Below are positions 62,654-64,000 of a stretch of DNA of 64,000 nucleotides, one piece after another. The notes under the pieces are model-generated. The model was not told where the DNA came from. It saw nothing but the letters and a program-made list of their open reading frames with translations, and searched no databases. The position numbers and the translations under genes were made by a program. Every line of letters starts with the position of its first letter. The stretch's first letter is position 1. Origin of the DNA: an uncultured bacterium (GTDB lineage: Bacteria > Patescibacteriota > Minisyncoccia > Moranbacterales > UBA2206); the NCBI GenBank assembly GCA_903841185.1, contig CAIMIV010000003.1:773-64772 (forward strand). The letters are read 5' to 3'.

Positions 62654-64000
62654 ATGGGCAGAAAAAAGAAAATAGATAAAGAGAAAGAAGAGGCGGAACT
62701 AGAAGAGAATAATAGGTTCGAGTTTGATATCGCCGGGGATGCCAAGCGCAGTATTGTAGCGGTTTTTTTGTTTGCCTTGGCGCTGGTGATTTTTCTGGGA
62801 TTTTTAGGTAAATCCGGACCAGCCGGGGTGTATTTGGGAAGCTTGGTGGGGATGGCTATCGGGTGGGCAAAATGGGTCTTTCCTATCTTTTTGATTATCG
62901 GGGGAATAATTTTATTGTTGCGCAAAGAAACGTCTTTTTATATTGCAAAACTCACCGGTCTCAGTGTGACGTTTATCAGTCTAACCGGTATTTTTCATTG
63001 GATAATTTATTTATCTGTAGGTCTGGAAAAAATGAGCTCAGTAGCAGATGAAGGTTCGGGCGGCGGATATTTGGGTTATGCCGTAGCGTATTTGGCTATC
63101 AAATTTCTGGGGTCAGCGGGTGGAATAGTGGTGATTAGTACTTTGTTTTTGATAGGGATTATTGTGGCCTTTAATTTTTCCATTGTGCATTTTCTCGAAA
63201 AAATATTAAAAAGAAAAGAAGCGGGGGGTGAAATTGCGCAAGATGAAGCGGAAGTAGAAATAGAAGAGAATATAGTTGTGGAAGAGGAACAACCGGAAAT
63301 GGATGACGAGATGCTTGAGGAAAGACAATCGGAGACGAAAAATAAGAAGGCTGCTAAAATTAATAAAGAGGATAGCAATATCGGCAAAATAGAATTTGTA
63401 GAAGGACCGGATCAATACGTGGATGAAGATTTTTTTACTAAAATTGCTAAGGATGATTCAAAAGCGAAAAAAGTTTCAGCACGCGATAAACAAGTGCAAG
63501 ATAGTTGGAAACTGCCTCCGCTGGATTTGTTAGAAAAAAATTCCAGCGTAGCCAAGGGCGGAGATGTAGAAAAAAACGCTGAAATTATTGAAAGGACTTT
63601 GCGTCAGTTCGGTATCGAGGTAGAGCTGGGCGGTATTCAAACTGGTCCGGCAGTTACGCAATACAGTTTCCGTCCAGCAGTGGGAGTGAAGATTTCCAAA
63701 ATCATGGCTCTGCAGGATGACTTAGCTTTAGCTTTGGCTAAACACCCGATCAGAATTGAAGCGCCGATTCCCGGTCAATCCTTGATTGGTATTGAGGTGC
63801 CGAATAAGGATGCTGCTATTGTGCGAATGCGTAGTGTGCTGGAGAGTGATAAATTTAAGCATAGAAAATCTAATCTTACCCTAGCCTTAGGTGAGGATGT
63901 GCGAGGGGAGTATATCTTCGGTGATTTAGATAAGATGCCTCACTTGATGGTAGCAGGCGCCACTGGTACTGGAAAATCAGTCGGCATCAATGCTATTATT
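62654..64000 (+). CDS. ftsK: DNA translocase FtsK/SpoIIIE (5' partial, runs off the window end)
   Basis: N-terminal 4-TM region, acidic linker, then 'LMVAGATGTGKSVGINAII' Walker A at the window edge. Open frame from the ATG at 62654 to position 64000. It overlaps the track's spurious minus-strand ORFs at 62623-62925 and 63076-63387. Confidence 0.8.
   Translation, partial: MGRKKKIDKEKEEAELEENNRFEFDIAGDAKRSIVAVFLFALALVIFLGFLGKSGPAGVYLGSLVGMAIGWAKWVFPIFLIIGGIILLLRKETSFYIAKLTGLSVTFISLTGIFHWIIYLSVGLEKMSSVADEGSGGGYLGYAVAYLAIKFLGSAGGIVVISTLFLIGIIVAFNFSIVHFLEKILKRKEAGGEIAQDEAEVEIEENIVVEEEQPEMDDEMLEERQSETKNKKAAKINKEDSNIGKIEFVEGPDQYVDEDFFTKIAKDDSKAKKVSARDKQVQDSWKLPPLDLLEKNSSVAKGGDVEKNAEIIERTLRQFGIEVELGGIQTGPAVTQYSFRPAVGVKISKIMALQDDLALALAKHPIRIEAPIPGQSLIGIEVPNKDAAIVRMRSVLESDKFKHRKSNLTLALGEDVRGEYIFGDLDKMPHLMVAGATGTGKSVGINAII

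Noticed and set aside
62623-63387. Track ORFs 62623..62925(-) and 63076..63387(-)
   Set aside because: Antisense to the clearly FtsK-like plus-strand frame that runs from 62654 off the window end.
1-64000. CRISPR array or cas genes
   Set aside because: No run of regularly spaced direct repeats with unique spacers was found. The only tandem repeats are the 7-nt microsatellite, AT-rich periodic spacers and short tRNA-end repeats.

Overview
This is a low-GC, gene-dense bacterial chromosome window (compact genes, many tRNAs, reduced operon structure, several pilin-like genes; the overall style is compatible with a Patescibacteria/CPR-like or other reduced-genome organism, which is an inference). 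No rRNA operon, CRISPR array or intact prophage/integrase is visible.

Housekeeping content:
- Split livHMG / livFK branched-chain amino-acid ABC transporter
- rarA, rluD-like pseudouridine synthase, rplS
- Class I ribonucleotide reductase nrdA-nrdB
- 3D-domain cell-wall protein, family-4 uracil-DNA glycosylase, YfcE-like phosphoesterase, endonuclease IV
- nrnA-like DHH phosphoesterase, rbfA, infB, nusA (detached from infB), ppaC, tig, clpP, gpmI, rny, hup
- FKBP isomerase, amidase_2, rpoB-rpoC, 5' part of ftsK
- Ten tRNA genes (Leu x3, Phe, Val, Gly x2, Cys, Ser, Pro)

Non-routine content:
1. Five full-length paralogs of a TrmB-family HTH regulator plus one HTH-less paralog. Each sits in a repeated cassette (conserved ~60-nt upstream module, TATAAT plus a TTGTCA-N7-TGACAA operator-like inverted repeat, duplicated terminator).
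2. A tandem array of five small pilin-like proteins with two transmembrane segments (TrbC/VirB2-like, T4SS-pilin-like), with no secretion ATPases nearby.
3. A conserved ~45-nt element upstream of each tRNA-Leu gene. Its first 10 nt copy the tRNA 5' acceptor end and it shows apparent stem covariation. One tRNA-Leu locus is nested/split.
4. tRNA-Gly 3'-end direct repeats bracketing a 1.6-kb two-gene insertion, and paralogous tRNA-Gly + terminator + decayed antisense tRNA modules.
5. Two copies of a ~160-185-nt MITE-like element with 19-bp terminal inverted repeats.
6. A ~100-nt intergenic repeat present twice (one copy directly upstream of clpP).
7. An (AATTTTG)4 heptamer microsatellite inside the nfo reading frame.
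8. A radical-SAM/SPASM enzyme divergent from a TrmB paralog.
9. A DUF3494 surface protein with LPNAG motif plus a dedicated sortase.
10. An HTH/LAGLIDADG-like protein inside the tRNA cluster.

All functional calls rest on motif-level reading of the translated ORFs. No database search was run.
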